From Coleofasciculus chthonoplastes F2-STO-03 (lineage in GTDB: Bacteria > Cyanobacteriota > Cyanobacteriia > Cyanobacteriales > Coleofasciculaceae), in contig JAVJWO010000072.1 of the NCBI GenBank assembly GCA_040222015.1, forward strand, positions 15,564-79,563: a stretch of 64,000 nucleotides of DNA. The letters are read 5' to 3'. Positions within the stretch are counted from its first letter, which is position 1. The number at the start of each line of letters is the position of its first letter. The notes below the pieces were generated by a model, which made no database searches, was not told the origin of the DNA, and worked only from the letters and a program-made list of their open reading frames with translations. Positions 1 through 10,580 of the stretch are shown piece after piece. Made by a program: the position numbers and the translations under genes.

Positions 1-452
1 CGGATACCGTTCAGCAGGCAATTCTGGATCAAAATCAGTTAGCAATTGTGGTGCATGGTGAACCGGGAACCGGGAAAACGGTATGGACACAAGCGGTGGC
101 AAAAGAAATTCTTGTACCGTTGGGGTATACTATTTTTATTCTGGATCATGATGCGGTAGAAAATTTTGTACCGCCGAGTTATTTGGAACGAGTTGCCCTA
201 ATTATTAACGAAGCGGATAACTTAGCCAAAAATCGAGCTAGTGAAGTGGCGCAATGGAATAATAAAACGGAGCATATTCTCAGTTTGCTGGATGGAACGT
301 TATATCAGAGTGTGATTGATGACACCGGAATTAAAGCGCAGCAAAAATTAGTGGTATTAATGACTTGTAATACCACAGAACGCTTCGACCCGGCGATGTT
401 ACGTAAAGGACGAGTGGATTTGACCTATGAGTTTATGCATCGATTTGTGTAA
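1..452 (+). CDS. AAA+ family ATPase, 5'-partial at window edge
   Basis: Walker A GEPGTGKT, Walker B-like LIINEAD, SRH-like DPAMLRKGRVD. Confidence 0.8.
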   Translation, partial: DTVQQAILDQNQLAIVVHGEPGTGKTVWTQAVAKEILVPLGYTIFILDHDAVENFVPPSYLERVALIINEADNLAKNRASEVAQWNNKTEHILSLLDGTLYQSVIDDTGIKAQQKLVVLMTCNTTERFDPAMLRKGRVDLTYEFMHRFV

Positions 453-478
453 GGCTGAGTAGATTTGACGATTAAATC

Positions 479-502
479 GGGCGCACGTCGGTGCGCCCCT
501 AC
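479..502 (-). repeat. GTAG-footed REP-like palindrome, family A (GTAGGGGCGCAC..GTGCGCCC)
   Basis: GGGCGCACGTCGGTGCGCCCCTAC; related copies near 13110, 14119, 22111, 22218, 56565. Confidence 0.8.
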
Positions 503-512
503 CTCAACATTT

Positions 513-552
513 CTACCCCACCCTAACCCTCCCCTTATCAAGGGGAAGGAAC
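513..552. repeat. dispersed intergenic repeat (CTACCCCACCCTAACCCTCCCC..AAGGGGA.GGAAC)
   Basis: near-identical copy at ~13143-13182. Confidence 0.7.
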
Positions 553-744
553 CGGATAAGATTAAAGCGATGAAATTCAAAGTTTTACAGGGAAAAGTTC
601 TCACCTTAAGTTGACACGGATGCAAACCTCGCGCCCCGACGAGGCTGATGTAACAATTGAGACATGGTACGCTACTTCAAATAATTTCATCCTAAAGGCA
701 TAAGCTAAAATTGACCTTATTTCCTAAAATGAGAGAGTCTCCGT

Positions 745-760
745 TGTAAGAGTTATTACA
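745..760. promoter_or_regulatory. putative NtcA box
   Basis: TGTA-AGAGTTAT-TACA (GTA-N8-TAC) about 50 bp upstream of the lipoprotein gene; weaker TGTA-N8-GACA at 649-664. Confidence 0.4.
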
Positions 761-807
761 TTATGTAAATACCCTAGTAACGAGATAATGAATTCTATAA
801 AAAAGTT

Positions 808-1101
808 ATGTCTTTTCTAAAACGACCCCTTCTATTACTTCCTCTGGCTTTACTGCTTGTTGTTTCAACAGGTTGTCGCGTGGAAAAAGAGCAAGCCGGG
901 GAAGAACCGGATGTAGATGTAAACGTAGATCCTGGACAGTTGCCCGAATATGAAGTTGAAGGACCAGAAGTTGATGTAGGAACTGAGGAAAAAGAGATTA
1001 CCGTTCCTGATGTGGAGGTAACCCAAGAAGAAAAGACGATTACCGCGCCTGATGTTGATATTCAACCTCCAACTGACAATGATTCCCAAGGAAATCAATA
1101 A
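808..1101 (+). CDS. small acidic lipoprotein, hypothetical
   Basis: basic N-terminus, hydrophobic stretch, lipobox-like STGC, acidic PDVDV repeats. Confidence 0.75.
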   Translation: MSFLKRPLLLLPLALLLVVSTGCRVEKEQAGEEPDVDVNVDPGQLPEYEVEGPEVDVGTEEKEITVPDVEVTQEEKTITAPDVDIQPPTDNDSQGNQ

Positions 1102-1112
1102 TAGTAACCGTT

Positions 1113-1145
1113 AGGGAGCTTCTTTTGGCAACTGAGAAGCTCCCT
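1113..1145 (+). terminator. hairpin, probable terminator
   Basis: AGGGAGCTTCT...AGAAGCTCCCT, 11-bp stem just after the stop codon. Confidence 0.6.
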
Positions 1146-1467
1146 GAATAATTTAGCCTTATTGTGTCCCAGGATAACCATTAGCACCATAAGCGGCTAA
1201 CTCAAATTTAGTATTTAAACTTCTTATAACGACCTGGAAAACTGGTATATAATAGTATGCCAGTTTTTGAACTGTCTATACTACCGTTGTAACTTGAACC
1301 GTTGCGACTCCAAGCTATTCAGGATGGTGTAATCAAAGCAACGAAGTGGAGATGGTGACAAAGGAAAAACTGGGCTATTGCATTTCCTATCGAGGAAAGA
1401 CGTTATCAAAGATGAATGATGAAGTCTATTCCGGCTACCTCGGTGTTCCCTGTTTCCCTAATTGCCT

Positions 1468-2409
1468 ATGAGTTCCTCCGTAGAGAATCAGCAAACCCAA
1501 CAAACCCAATCGTCACCCCTAACCCCTGCAATGATTCAACGGGTGAAAGAAGGATTGAGTGCAGCCCGCGATCGCAGAGTGCGTGATGCTGTCGAAAATG
1601 CTAGGAATAATCTGAATGCGATCGCGAATGGGGAGTCAGATCAGCGAGTCAGGGGAAGGGTAAGGCGTTTCATCCTGCGATCGTTCATTCATCTGCTGTT
1701 CCCCGTGCGAATCGAAAACCCGGAATATATCCCCACTCAACCCGCGTTACTCGCCGCCAACCATCTCAATCACATTGATCCATTACTGATTCTCGCCGAA
1801 GTCCCAGGACATCCCTACTACTACACCCCGGCTGACGCCCGTACTCTCTATAACCATTGGTGGAAACGCCGGATTTTGGGTTGGGCGGGGGGTGTCATTC
1901 CCCTAGAACGGCGCTGGAAAGAAGAAAAAGCGGTTATTGAAGCCGCCCAATCAGGGCGTGAAGATTTAGCCGACTTAGCCGCCGCCATTGAAGAGGATGT
2001 ACCAAGCAACGCCGGATTAGGTACTATGCGACAGATAGAACGGGTGGTGCAGGCAATTTTTGCCTGTGGGGATGGCGTTTTAATCTTTCCAGAGGGGAGA
2101 TTGGGTGAGGTTGAAGGTGAATTACAATTGCCCTTAGCGCGAGGTGTGATTATGTATGCGTTGCGGGCTGGCGTACCGATTGTACCCGTAGCCTTGATTG
2201 GCACCCATGACCTTTATTTTCGCAAGCCATTAACCCTGCGATTTGGCGAACCCTTGCACTTTCCCCAATCCCAACGCCCCAAACCGAAGGAAGTCAAAAA
2301 GGCGATGGAAACGTTACAAGAGGCGCTGATTAAACTATTACCTAATAACTATCAAGAACCCAACCAACCCAAGCCGCTGCGTCATTGGCTCAATTGCCTA
2401 TTGTTGTAG
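1468..2409 (+). CDS. lysophospholipid acyltransferase (PlsC family)
   Basis: NHLNHID (HX4D) motif, FPEG motif, VPIVPV. Confidence 0.85.
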   Translation: MSSSVENQQTQQTQSSPLTPAMIQRVKEGLSAARDRRVRDAVENARNNLNAIANGESDQRVRGRVRRFILRSFIHLLFPVRIENPEYIPTQPALLAANHLNHIDPLLILAEVPGHPYYYTPADARTLYNHWWKRRILGWAGGVIPLERRWKEEKAVIEAAQSGREDLADLAAAIEEDVPSNAGLGTMRQIERVVQAIFACGDGVLIFPEGRLGEVEGELQLPLARGVIMYALRAGVPIVPVALIGTHDLYFRKPLTLRFGEPLHFPQSQRPKPKEVKKAMETLQEALIKLLPNNYQEPNQPKPLRHWLNCLLL

Positions 2410-2543
2410 GGTTTCACTACTATCGTTTGAAATGGTGCGTTACGCTTTGCTCTCCTCACCCTACACCCGCTAAACCTACCTCGACAGACAGCAAGCAGTC
2501 TTCAACAAAGGACAAATAACAAATGACTAAGGACAAATGATAA

Positions 2544-3947
2544 ATGACAAACACTGATTTAGCCTTCACACCCGCCTTAGAACAAGCGCAATTAATTCGC
2601 CAAGGTCAAGTATCTCCCTTAGAATTAGTCGAACTTTATTTAGCCCGCATTCAACAGTTTAATTCTCAATTGGGCAGTTATTTTAGTGTCGCCACTGATA
2701 TGGCGTTAGCGGATGCCAAAGCCAAGACTGAACAGTTGACGCAGATAAAAGACAGTGCTGAACTGCCCCCCTTTTTTGGCGTACCCATTGCCATCAAAGA
2801 CCTCACAGCTGTCCAGGGTTTACCCTGTAGCTACGGCACACCGATTCTCAAAGATAAAATAGCGCCTTATGATGATGGAGTCGTTACCCGGATTAAACAA
2901 GCTGGCTTCATTATTTTAGGCAAAACTGCCACCTCAGAAGTTGGTTCGCTTCCTTATACCGAACCCCCAGGATTTCCCCCAGCCCGTAATCCTTGGAATT
3001 TAGAGTACACCCCAGGTGGATCAAGTGGGGGTTCAGCCGCCGCTGTCGCTGCTGGATTATGCCCCATCGCCCAAGGTTCTGATGGGGGTGGTTCAGTGCG
3101 TGGACCCGCCTCCTGCTGCGGAGTGGTGGGGATTAAACCTGCACGGGGTCGAGTATCCTTTGCCCCTGTGGGCGATCGCCAAAATGGGATTGCTACTAAT
3201 GGTGCTTTAGCCCGCACGGTTGCGGATGCGGCGGCGTTGCTGGATGTGATGTCCGGTTATATTCCCGGTGATCCCTATTGGTTACTTGATCCGGAGGTAT
3301 CATTTCTGGAAGCCACTCGTCAACCGCTGGGTCAATTGCGAATTGCCTTTTCTACAGCAATACCCCCTCTAGGAGATGCCGCAGAGGTTTGTCAGCAGGC
3401 GGTGCATGAAACGGTGCGGCGATTGGAAGAGATGGGACATGAGGTGGAAGCGGGTTGTCCAGATTTTAGCGGTTTAATTGAACCTTTTCAAAAGGTGTGG
3501 CAAGCGGGGGTAACGGCTACAGGAATTCCCGTGGCGGCGTTAAGTCCGATGAATCAGTGGATTGCTGCCCAATCGGGTTCGGCTGGGGAGTATTTGCAAG
3601 CCGTTGCCCAGATGCAGATTATATCACGACAGATTGTCGGATTTTTTGACAAGTTTCAGGTGTTGGTGCTTCCGGTTTATATGGAGCCAACAATTCGGGT
3701 GGGGGAATGGGCGTCTTTAAGTCCAGAGGAAACGTTGCAAAATATTATTCGTTGGATTGCGCCTTGTCCTCCATTTAATGCCAGTGGACTACCCGCGATC
3801 GCAATTCCCACGGGATTTGACTCAAAGGGTTTGCCTGTGGGAGTTCAGCTAGTGGGACGCCCTGCGGCTGAAGCGACGCTGATTGCGTTGGCTACCCGGT
3901 TAGAAGCGACAAATCCGGGGATTCACCAGCGTCCAGCTTTAGAGTAG
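2544..3947 (+). CDS. amidase signature family protein
   Basis: GVPIAIKD, TPGGSSGGSAAAVA, GSDGGGSVRGPA. Confidence 0.92.
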   Translation: MTNTDLAFTPALEQAQLIRQGQVSPLELVELYLARIQQFNSQLGSYFSVATDMALADAKAKTEQLTQIKDSAELPPFFGVPIAIKDLTAVQGLPCSYGTPILKDKIAPYDDGVVTRIKQAGFIILGKTATSEVGSLPYTEPPGFPPARNPWNLEYTPGGSSGGSAAAVAAGLCPIAQGSDGGGSVRGPASCCGVVGIKPARGRVSFAPVGDRQNGIATNGALARTVADAAALLDVMSGYIPGDPYWLLDPEVSFLEATRQPLGQLRIAFSTAIPPLGDAAEVCQQAVHETVRRLEEMGHEVEAGCPDFSGLIEPFQKVWQAGVTATGIPVAALSPMNQWIAAQSGSAGEYLQAVAQMQIISRQIVGFFDKFQVLVLPVYMEPTIRVGEWASLSPEETLQNIIRWIAPCPPFNASGLPAIAIPTGFDSKGLPVGVQLVGRPAAEATLIALATRLEATNPGIHQRPALE

Positions 3948-4021
3948 TAAGGATTTGGCGTTTGTTAACATTTCAATCTACACTTGTGGGACAAGTGCCA
4001 TAATCGAATATTAACAAGGAT

Positions 4022-4125
4022 TAAGCTGTCATGCATTTAAATTGCGTATTAGTAGCGAGCTTTCTGGCTCGCACTACAAGGATTTCGTCATTGTTGACAT
4101 TAAGGTTTGAATGCCGAACAGCTTA
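4022..4125. mobile_element. ~103 bp MITE-like element (TIR TAAGCTGT..GCATTTAAA) with an internal GTAG REP
   Basis: inverted ends; a reverse-complement copy lies at 58605-58707. Confidence 0.75.
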
Positions 4126-4171
4126 CAGCATTTTTGAATTATTTTATTATAGGCACGTCCGCAACCTTGGG

Positions 4172-4462
4172 CTAATTAAGCGTCATACTCTGATTGGTTG
4201 CACAATAATCTCGACAATTAATCGCTTGTTCCGAATTGGCAATAGAGGGATGGATGGTACATTTGAGACGATGATCGTTGGTAAAAAATTGACAGTGGCT
4301 ACAAGGGATTTGATGCATGCGCTTGGCATTTGCCACACCGTCTTTAATCGCCAACAAGACTGTCAGCAGACCCAGGATTACTATTGCCCACGCTAGACAA
4401 AAGCACAGAGGTATGAGAAAAGGCTGAATCGCCTGAATTAGGGGGTAGAGAACTTGAAACAC
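4172..4462 (-). CDS. conserved cyanobacterial membrane protein with a Cys-rich C-terminus
   Basis: N-terminal TM followed by HQIPCSHCQFF..LKCTIHP..AINCRDY. Confidence 0.7.
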   Translation of the reverse strand: MFQVLYPLIQAIQPFLIPLCFCLAWAIVILGLLTVLLAIKDGVANAKRMHQIPCSHCQFFTNDHRLKCTIHPSIANSEQAINCRDYCATNQSMTLN

Positions 4463-4722
4463 AATCTATCCTGTCTGACAAATCAACCAAACCAATAGTA
4501 TTATTAAACCTAATCTGAATGATTAGTTTTGGCAATTATATCAAATTATGCCCGATCACAAGTACCGCAAGCTTGGCAGTCAATCTGTCTTAGTCTGCAC
4601 GTTCCGACGCATGTACAGATATGACTATGTGTGCATAGTTCTGCATAGATTTTTCGGAACGGTGCATGGGTACTCCAGGAAAGAAGGAGATAAGAGAGAA
4701 TTGTCCCAATCCCCAATTACCC

Positions 4723-5289
4723 TTAAAAAGGAATATCATCTAAATCTTTCTGGGTATCGGGAACCGGGGTAACGTTTGGCACAGTAGTCGGTTCATAAGT
4801 CGGCTGATCCATTGGCGATGAATAATCATAGTCCTGATTTCTCGGTGCTGAGACAGGTGCCGGGGTTGGAGGGGTTGGGCGCGATCGCATGGGAACAACA
4901 TTCTCGTGAGGCTTGGGTGATGATGGGATTGTTGTCGTCTGCATCGTTGGGGAAACGGTAGCTGTTTGTAGCCCCATGTCCGTATCTGCACCCAGTTTAT
5001 GAACTCGATAAGTGGTTAATTCAGCCCGTTTTTCTTTAAATCCTTCGGGGCGCTCAATTGTATTCATACTCAGACGCCCTTCAAGGACTACAAGATCACC
5101 AACCCCATAGTTTTCCTTGATTTCTTGAGCCAAATTGCCCCAACCGACTACTTTGAGTGTTGAAGGTGGATCTTCGGATCGCACACTGGGAAACTGCACC
5201 AGCATTTGGGCAATAGGGGTTTGATTATCCGAGGTGTAACGCAGTTCTGGATCTTGAATAATTTGTGCCATCAAGACGCAGCTATTCAT
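4723..5289 (-). CDS. ssb: single-stranded DNA-binding protein
   Basis: OB-fold N-terminus (DPELRYT), Pro-rich linker, DDIPF C-terminal tail. Confidence 0.9.
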   Translation of the reverse strand: MNSCVLMAQIIQDPELRYTSDNQTPIAQMLVQFPSVRSEDPPSTLKVVGWGNLAQEIKENYGVGDLVVLEGRLSMNTIERPEGFKEKRAELTTYRVHKLGADTDMGLQTATVSPTMQTTTIPSSPKPHENVVPMRSRPTPPTPAPVSAPRNQDYDYSSPMDQPTYEPTTVPNVTPVPDTQKDLDDIPF

Positions 5290-5514
5290 CGTTAATATCT
5301 CCTGGCGCTTTAGGTAATAGATCTAGTCACTGATTGACCGTGACTGCTAGTTGAGTCGCGCTTATGTTTGGGACAATTGGTCATTTAAAAAACCATATTA
5401 GCCCATTCTATCATCACTCTGATAGGAGCTATTGACTCTTTACCCAGCAGACTTATGTTGACCAACGAAAAAAGAGTCCGTTGCTATAACTCAACGGCTT
5501 CCTTCTTTAAGGTT

Positions 5515-5528
5515 AGAACAAAAGTACT
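5515..5528 (-). promoter_or_regulatory. cyanobacterial LexA (SOS) box upstream of ssb
   Basis: minus strand AGTAC-TTTT-GTTCT fits RGTACNNNDGTWCB and overlaps a TATAGT -10-like hexamer. Confidence 0.65.
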
Positions 5529-5593
5529 ATATTGTCAGGAGGGGAGAGAAAGTTTTGGCCCAACGTGCTTTCTCAAGGGAACCTGGAACAGTC

Positions 5594-8134
5594 TTAGACA
5601 GTCGATTCAGCTTTGGGCAGTTCTAACCCTTGCTCTTGTTCAATGAACTCTTGCACATAGGTGCGATATTTTCTCAGATTTGCATCGACCCAATCCCGAT
5701 CATCGCTGTTGGCAAAGACATGGACTAGCGGTTCTCCAGCATCCGGCAAAATCAATACCCAACTGTCTGTGTACCGATCCACAATTTTAACCCCATCAAT
5801 GAGTTCTAAGTCGTCATTAGCATGGGTTTCGACTAAGTGGCGCATTAATGCCCCTTTCACCGTCCAAGGACAGCGCATGGTATAGATTTTGTGGCAAACC
5901 CGAGGCAATTCGCTGCGAATCTGACCTAAGGATCGCTCTTGAATCGTCAACATCTCAATCAACTTGGCGATGCAGAACATGGCATCAAATCCGGGATGGA
6001 GTTGGGGGAAAATAAAGCCCATTTCCTCAGAACCACCCAATATCACATTAGGATTAGTTTGAGACGCTTCCATCAACGCCGCCGGATTCGCTTTAGTACG
6101 AATCACTCGACCATCATGACGACGGGCGATTTGTTCCACAGCACCGGAGGTATGAACCGGAACCACTACGGTACTGCGAGGATGAGCCGTCAGCATCACG
6201 CTAACCATCAGCGCGGTTAGGGTTTCCCCCCGCACGGGCATTCCGGATTCATCCACTAAAATGAGTTGTTCCCCATTCGCGGACACCTGCACACCAAAAT
6301 TACCTTTAAGGGCTTCAACCACTTGACCGAGTTGGGTGAGCAATCCTTCTCGTTCATCGGCGGACAGGGACATTTGATGTAAGCTGGCATTTAGGACAAC
6401 TGCATCACAGCCAAATTTTGTCAATAAGACAGGGAGAACCGCCCCAGATACTGCATAGGCATAATCAATCACTAATTTCGCGCCACTATTGCGAATCGCT
6501 TGCACATTTAAATGCCGCTCAAAGCCGACGCTATAGAGATCAAGTAATTGACTGGGATAGTTAACATTACCGATTTCTGGAATTGGCGATCGGCGCAAGT
6601 CTTCTTTGAAGTAAGCCCCTTCAATTTTCTTCTCCTTCGCCTTGGAGATATTGATGCCGTGGGAATCAAAAATTTCAATCAGAATATAGTCGGGGCGATC
6701 GGGGTGTACCCGGGCATGAATCCCCCCGGTAACGGCTAGGGTGGGTACAACTAAACGAGCAATGGGGATGGCTGTATCTTCCAAATTCTGGACGTGAACC
6801 CCCACAGACATCAACCCGGCAATTAGCGATCGCGATACCATGCGAGAGATACTGCGCTGGTCACGAGAAACGGTGACTTGAGACCCCGCTTTTAAGGTTG
6901 ATCCGTAAGCTGCACCCAATTTGACGGCAAACTCTGGCGTAATATCAATATTCGCCAAGCCTTGAACGCCGCGCTGACCAAAAAGATTCCGTTGCGCTGT
7001 ATTTCCCCAAATCAGGTTCATGTTTAACATGGCACCCGATTCAATTTTCTTGCTGGGCCAAACCCTCACACTGGGGCTAATTTGCGCTTCTTCTCCCACG
7101 GTGGACAAAGCACCCACAACCGCACCTTCTAAGACATGGGCACGACGATCCACCCGGGTTCCTCGGCAAATGACACAAGCCCGCAGATGGACTTCATCGC
7201 CAATAATTGAACCATTCCAGAGAATCGGACGCTTCAGGTCAGCGTAAGCCCCAACGGTGACATTATCCCCAATGACGGTTCCTGCCTCAATATTCACCCC
7301 TGGACCAATGCGACAATTACTGCCAATCAGGGCTGGGGTTTCGATTTTAGCCGTAGGATCAATGGATGTATTTTGTCCCACCCATAGTCCTGATCTCTGT
7401 TCTTCGTAGGCAAAGTCAATCTCTACTTTTCTATCTAAGGCATCGTAATGGGATTCGCGGTAAGCATCCAGGTGTCCCACATCACACCAATATCCATCCG
7501 CGACAAAGCCATACATGGGTTCCCCTTTTTCTAGGAGTAGGGGAAACAGGTCTTTAGAAAAGTCAGATTCTGTGTTTTCGGGCAGGTAATCTAGGACAGA
7601 GGGTTCTAAGATGTAAGTCCCGGTGTTTACTGTATCTGAGAAAATCTCACTGGTTGAGGGTTTTTCTAAAAAGCGGCGAATCCGCATTTGCTCATCGGTA
7701 ATCACTACGCCGAATTCCACGGGATTGGGGACGCGGTAGAGAACAATGGTGGCTTTCGAGTTACGGCTTTTGTGGAATTCAATGGCGGCTTGCAAATCGA
7801 AGTCGGTGATGCTGTCACCACTGATGACGATGAAGGTATCATCAAGTAATTCGGCAATGTTTTTCACGCATCCGGCAGTACCTAGGGGTTGGTCTTCTTC
7901 AACGGCATAAGTCATTTGTACACCAAAGTCACTACCATCTTGGAAATAATCCCGCATCACATCGGGGAGGTAGTAAAGTGTAGCAATGACTTCGGTGATG
8001 TTATGGCGTTTGAGTAGGTTGATAATGTGTTCGGCGATCGGTCGATTGAGTACCGGCACCATGGGTTTGGGCAGATCACAGGTTAGTGGTCTCAAACGTG
8101 TTCCCGAACCGCCTGCCATCAGCACTGCTCGCAT
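5594..8134 (-). CDS. bifunctional mannose-1-phosphate guanylyltransferase / phosphomannomutase-like protein
   Basis: [16 protein letters not shown] nucleotidyltransferase motif, hexapeptide repeats, C-terminal PGM/PMM-like domains. Confidence 0.9.
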   Translation of the reverse strand: MRAVLMAGGSGTRLRPLTCDLPKPMVPVLNRPIAEHIINLLKRHNITEVIATLYYLPDVMRDYFQDGSDFGVQMTYAVEEDQPLGTAGCVKNIAELLDDTFIVISGDSITDFDLQAAIEFHKSRNSKATIVLYRVPNPVEFGVVITDEQMRIRRFLEKPSTSEIFSDTVNTGTYILEPSVLDYLPENTESDFSKDLFPLLLEKGEPMYGFVADGYWCDVGHLDAYRESHYDALDRKVEIDFAYEEQRSGLWVGQNTSIDPTAKIETPALIGSNCRIGPGVNIEAGTVIGDNVTVGAYADLKRPILWNGSIIGDEVHLRACVICRGTRVDRRAHVLEGAVVGALSTVGEEAQISPSVRVWPSKKIESGAMLNMNLIWGNTAQRNLFGQRGVQGLANIDITPEFAVKLGAAYGSTLKAGSQVTVSRDQRSISRMVSRSLIAGLMSVGVHVQNLEDTAIPIARLVVPTLAVTGGIHARVHPDRPDYILIEIFDSHGINISKAKEKKIEGAYFKEDLRRSPIPEIGNVNYPSQLLDLYSVGFERHLNVQAIRNSGAKLVIDYAYAVSGAVLPVLLTKFGCDAVVLNASLHQMSLSADEREGLLTQLGQVVEALKGNFGVQVSANGEQLILVDESGMPVRGETLTALMVSVMLTAHPRSTVVVPVHTSGAVEQIARRHDGRVIRTKANPAALMEASQTNPNVILGGSEEMGFIFPQLHPGFDAMFCIAKLIEMLTIQERSLGQIRSELPRVCHKIYTMRCPWTVKGALMRHLVETHANDDLELIDGVKIVDRYTDSWVLILPDAGEPLVHVFANSDDRDWVDANLRKYRTYVQEFIEQEQGLELPKAESTV

Positions 8135-8217
8135 AAGTCCTCCTAAAAATTTTTGGCTTCACGGTGTTTGAACCGTATATTTTTCTATTTATTGTCTCGT
8201 TTAACTAAGCTAGCAAG

Positions 8218-8307
8218 TTGACATCCTCACCGCCTACAAGGAAGGTGATTCCCAAAAGCGTCAAACAGCGATAGCTGAATGTACTTTCGGTGGGGTCATG
8301 CTACAAC
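8218..8307 (-). mobile_element. IS200/IS605 (TnpB-type) right-end remnant
   Basis: minus strand ..GGGAATCACCTTCCTTGTAGGCGGTGAGGATGTCAA: subterminal hairpin ending in TCAA; no ORF. Confidence 0.55.
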
Positions 8308-8590
8308 TGAACCATAGATGGATGGATGAATAGGTAGACTAGAACTGAACTTAATGCTACTTTGACTTGTATCCGGGATCAATTCTACCTAGGACTGAAA
8401 TGTTGAATTAAAAAAGCTGAAAGCTTTATTTTACAATTAATTCAAGGATTCGTATATCTCCAGATATAACCGGAGACGTTTTGGGAGAGTTGGTCTAAAA
8501 TGAGTGAATTAGTAGGTTCGCTTTTGCTCGGCTGAGGCTTTGCGGTCGGTGTGAAACAGTCCCTGATTCGGTTTCTTGGGGGTTAATTGG

Positions 8591-8785
8591 ATGAAAGTAT
8601 TAGTTTTGCTTCTCGTGTTGGGAATTTATGGCTACGGCGCTTGGAAGTTCTGGACGGGGTTCAATCGGACGAACTTCTCCCGTGGCTTGCCTAACCGGAT
8701 TTATTTGTCTCTGTTGTGGCCCGCTTTAATTGTGGCAAATAAGTCTTATCGGAAAAACTTTACCAAAGCGCTGAAAGGTCGGTAG
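8591..8785 (+). CDS. small conserved cyanobacterial membrane protein
   Basis: 64 aa, GAWKFWTGFNRTNF..LSLLWP; directly upstream of cbiJ. Confidence 0.7.
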   Translation: MKVLVLLLVLGIYGYGAWKFWTGFNRTNFSRGLPNRIYLSLLWPALIVANKSYRKNFTKALKGR

Positions 8786-8788
8786 GTA

Positions 8789-9715
8789 ATGCCTGCGAGT
8801 CAACGGCGTCTGTGGCTGATTGGTGGAACAAGTGAGAGTGTACAGTTAGCAGAGGCGATCGCGTCTGTAGATCTACCTTATCTGGTTACGGTGACAACAG
8901 CCGCAGCCAAGTCACTTTATCCTCAAACGCCAAATTTACAGATACAAGTGGGGCGCTTGAATGGGAAGCAGATTGAGCAGCTTTGTCAACAGCAGCCTAT
9001 TACAGCCATACTTGATGCCTCTCATCCCTATGCGGTGGAAATTTCCCGAATTGCGATCGCGACGGCACAACGTTTCCAAATTCCCTACCTGCGTTTTGAA
9101 CGTCCTAGGGTTGAGGGAGATGGGGGAGATGAGGGCGGGTTTAGTAACATCAGGGTGACAACAACCGAGAATAGTGAAACCCGCCCCTACAAATCGGTCA
9201 GGGCGGGTTTTGAACAAACGTTATCATCAACAGCGAAACCAAATTCCCTAAACCCGCCCCTACAGAGGAATAATCAACCTGCGGTAATTACCTTAGACAG
9301 CTTTGAAACCTTGGTGGCGGGTGACTATTTAAATCAACAACGGGTACTATTAACCGTTGGGTATAAAGTTTTATCCTTATTTCAAGACTGGCAAGCGCGA
9401 TCGACTCTATTTGCCCGGATTCTTCCCGGGGTTACGTCTCTAGAGGCGGTTATAGCAGCAGGATTTAGTCGCGATCGCATTATAGCCCTACGCCCCCCTG
9501 TACCCGTTGAATTGGAAATGGCACTCTGGCGTCACTGGGATATTTCACTGGTGGTGACTAAGGCGTCTGGGGTAGCTGGGGGAGAGACGACGAAGCGACA
9601 AGTGGCGGCGCAGTTGGGAATTCCATTACTTGTCATTGATCGTCCGGTGGTAACGTATCCACAACAAACCAGTGATGTCGCTGTAGCGTTGGAGTTTTGC
9701 CAGAGATATTTATGA
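8789..9715 (+). CDS. cbiJ: cobalt-precorrin-6A reductase with an in-frame REP insertion
   Basis: LIGGTSES, DASHPYA, YLRFERP, VVTKASG; extra ~50 aa after ERP. Confidence 0.9.
   Translation: MPASQRRLWLIGGTSESVQLAEAIASVDLPYLVTVTTAAAKSLYPQTPNLQIQVGRLNGKQIEQLCQQQPITAILDASHPYAVEISRIAIATAQRFQIPYLRFERPRVEGDGGDEGGFSNIRVTTTENSETRPYKSVRAGFEQTLSSTAKPNSLNPPLQRNNQPAVITLDSFETLVAGDYLNQQRVLLTVGYKVLSLFQDWQARSTLFARILPGVTSLEAVIAAGFSRDRIIALRPPVPVELEMALWRHWDISLVVTKASGVAGGETTKRQVAAQLGIPLLVIDRPVVTYPQQTSDVAVALEFCQRYL
9133..9264 (-). repeat. two family C REP-like elements (GGGCGGGTTT..AAACCCGCCCCTACA) inside cbiJ
   Basis: units at 9133-9191 and 9201-9264; the second closely matches the reverse complement of intergenic 28066-28133. 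Confidence 0.85.
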
Positions 9716-9808
9716 ATGAGCGAAACATAGACCTGAATCCTTACAATTGGATATTAGTATGTTCAGAAACAGAAATGACCGTGATGTTGACCTCAGTGGT
9801 GCCCCCTA

Positions 9809-10312
9809 TCACCCTGTTGCTTTAATCCAATTGTTCAGCCGGGTAAAAATGGATTGAGTCAACTGATTAAACTGTTGCTGGCGATACCACTTTTGAAACG
9901 CTTTCTCATAAGCGTCTCCTTGAAGTTGATAAGTATTCCACGTCTTCAAACCCAGTCCGGCTCCCCAAAACAAGAGAATATACAACGCCCAGGAAAGCTG
10001 ACCAGCACTGAGCAAATTAATCACAACTAAAAAGCTATTAACGATAATATATTTGCCAAACCGCTGCTTTAATTGGCTGCGTCGATAGTGTTCAAACTCC
10101 TGGCGCTTGTACTGCTGTTGTTGCTGAAGCCGCCATTCCTGTTCCGCTAGTTGGAGGTTCGCTGGCGAGATTCCCAATTCAGCTGCAATTTCTACAAGCT
10201 GCGTCCGGGAAAACTCACCGCCATTGGCTTGACGGACGATCGCGAGATTCAGGATTTGCTGGAGTTCTTCTTGGTGATAAGACTGGATAGTGGTGTGTTC
10301 AGAAACAGACAT
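9809..10312 (-). CDS. 2TM domain-containing protein
   Basis: Y..EELQQILNLAI..ELGI N-terminal motif, two C-terminal TM helices. Confidence 0.8.
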   Translation of the reverse strand: MSVSEHTTIQSYHQEELQQILNLAIVRQANGGEFSRTQLVEIAAELGISPANLQLAEQEWRLQQQQQYKRQEFEHYRRSQLKQRFGKYIIVNSFLVVINLLSAGQLSWALYILLFWGAGLGLKTWNTYQLQGDAYEKAFQKWYRQQQFNQLTQSIFTRLNNWIKATG

Positions 10313-10580
10313 GACCTATATTAAGAGTATGAGTGAGCTGAAGATGAAAACAACAAATAGTGGCACATTGAGGTTGTCCTTCCTCTATTATTATCAACGA
10401 CACCTAGACAGACAGCACAGACTGGCGGATGTTCACAACCGAACCCCTAGGGTCGGATTTTACGAAAAATAATAGTGGAACGGAAGTTTTACATTTCGTT
10501 ACGATAGATTCAGACCCCAAGGAGGACACTATAACAACTATAAAAACGTTTTCTTTGACAGTAGATTTGAGGTAATTCGT

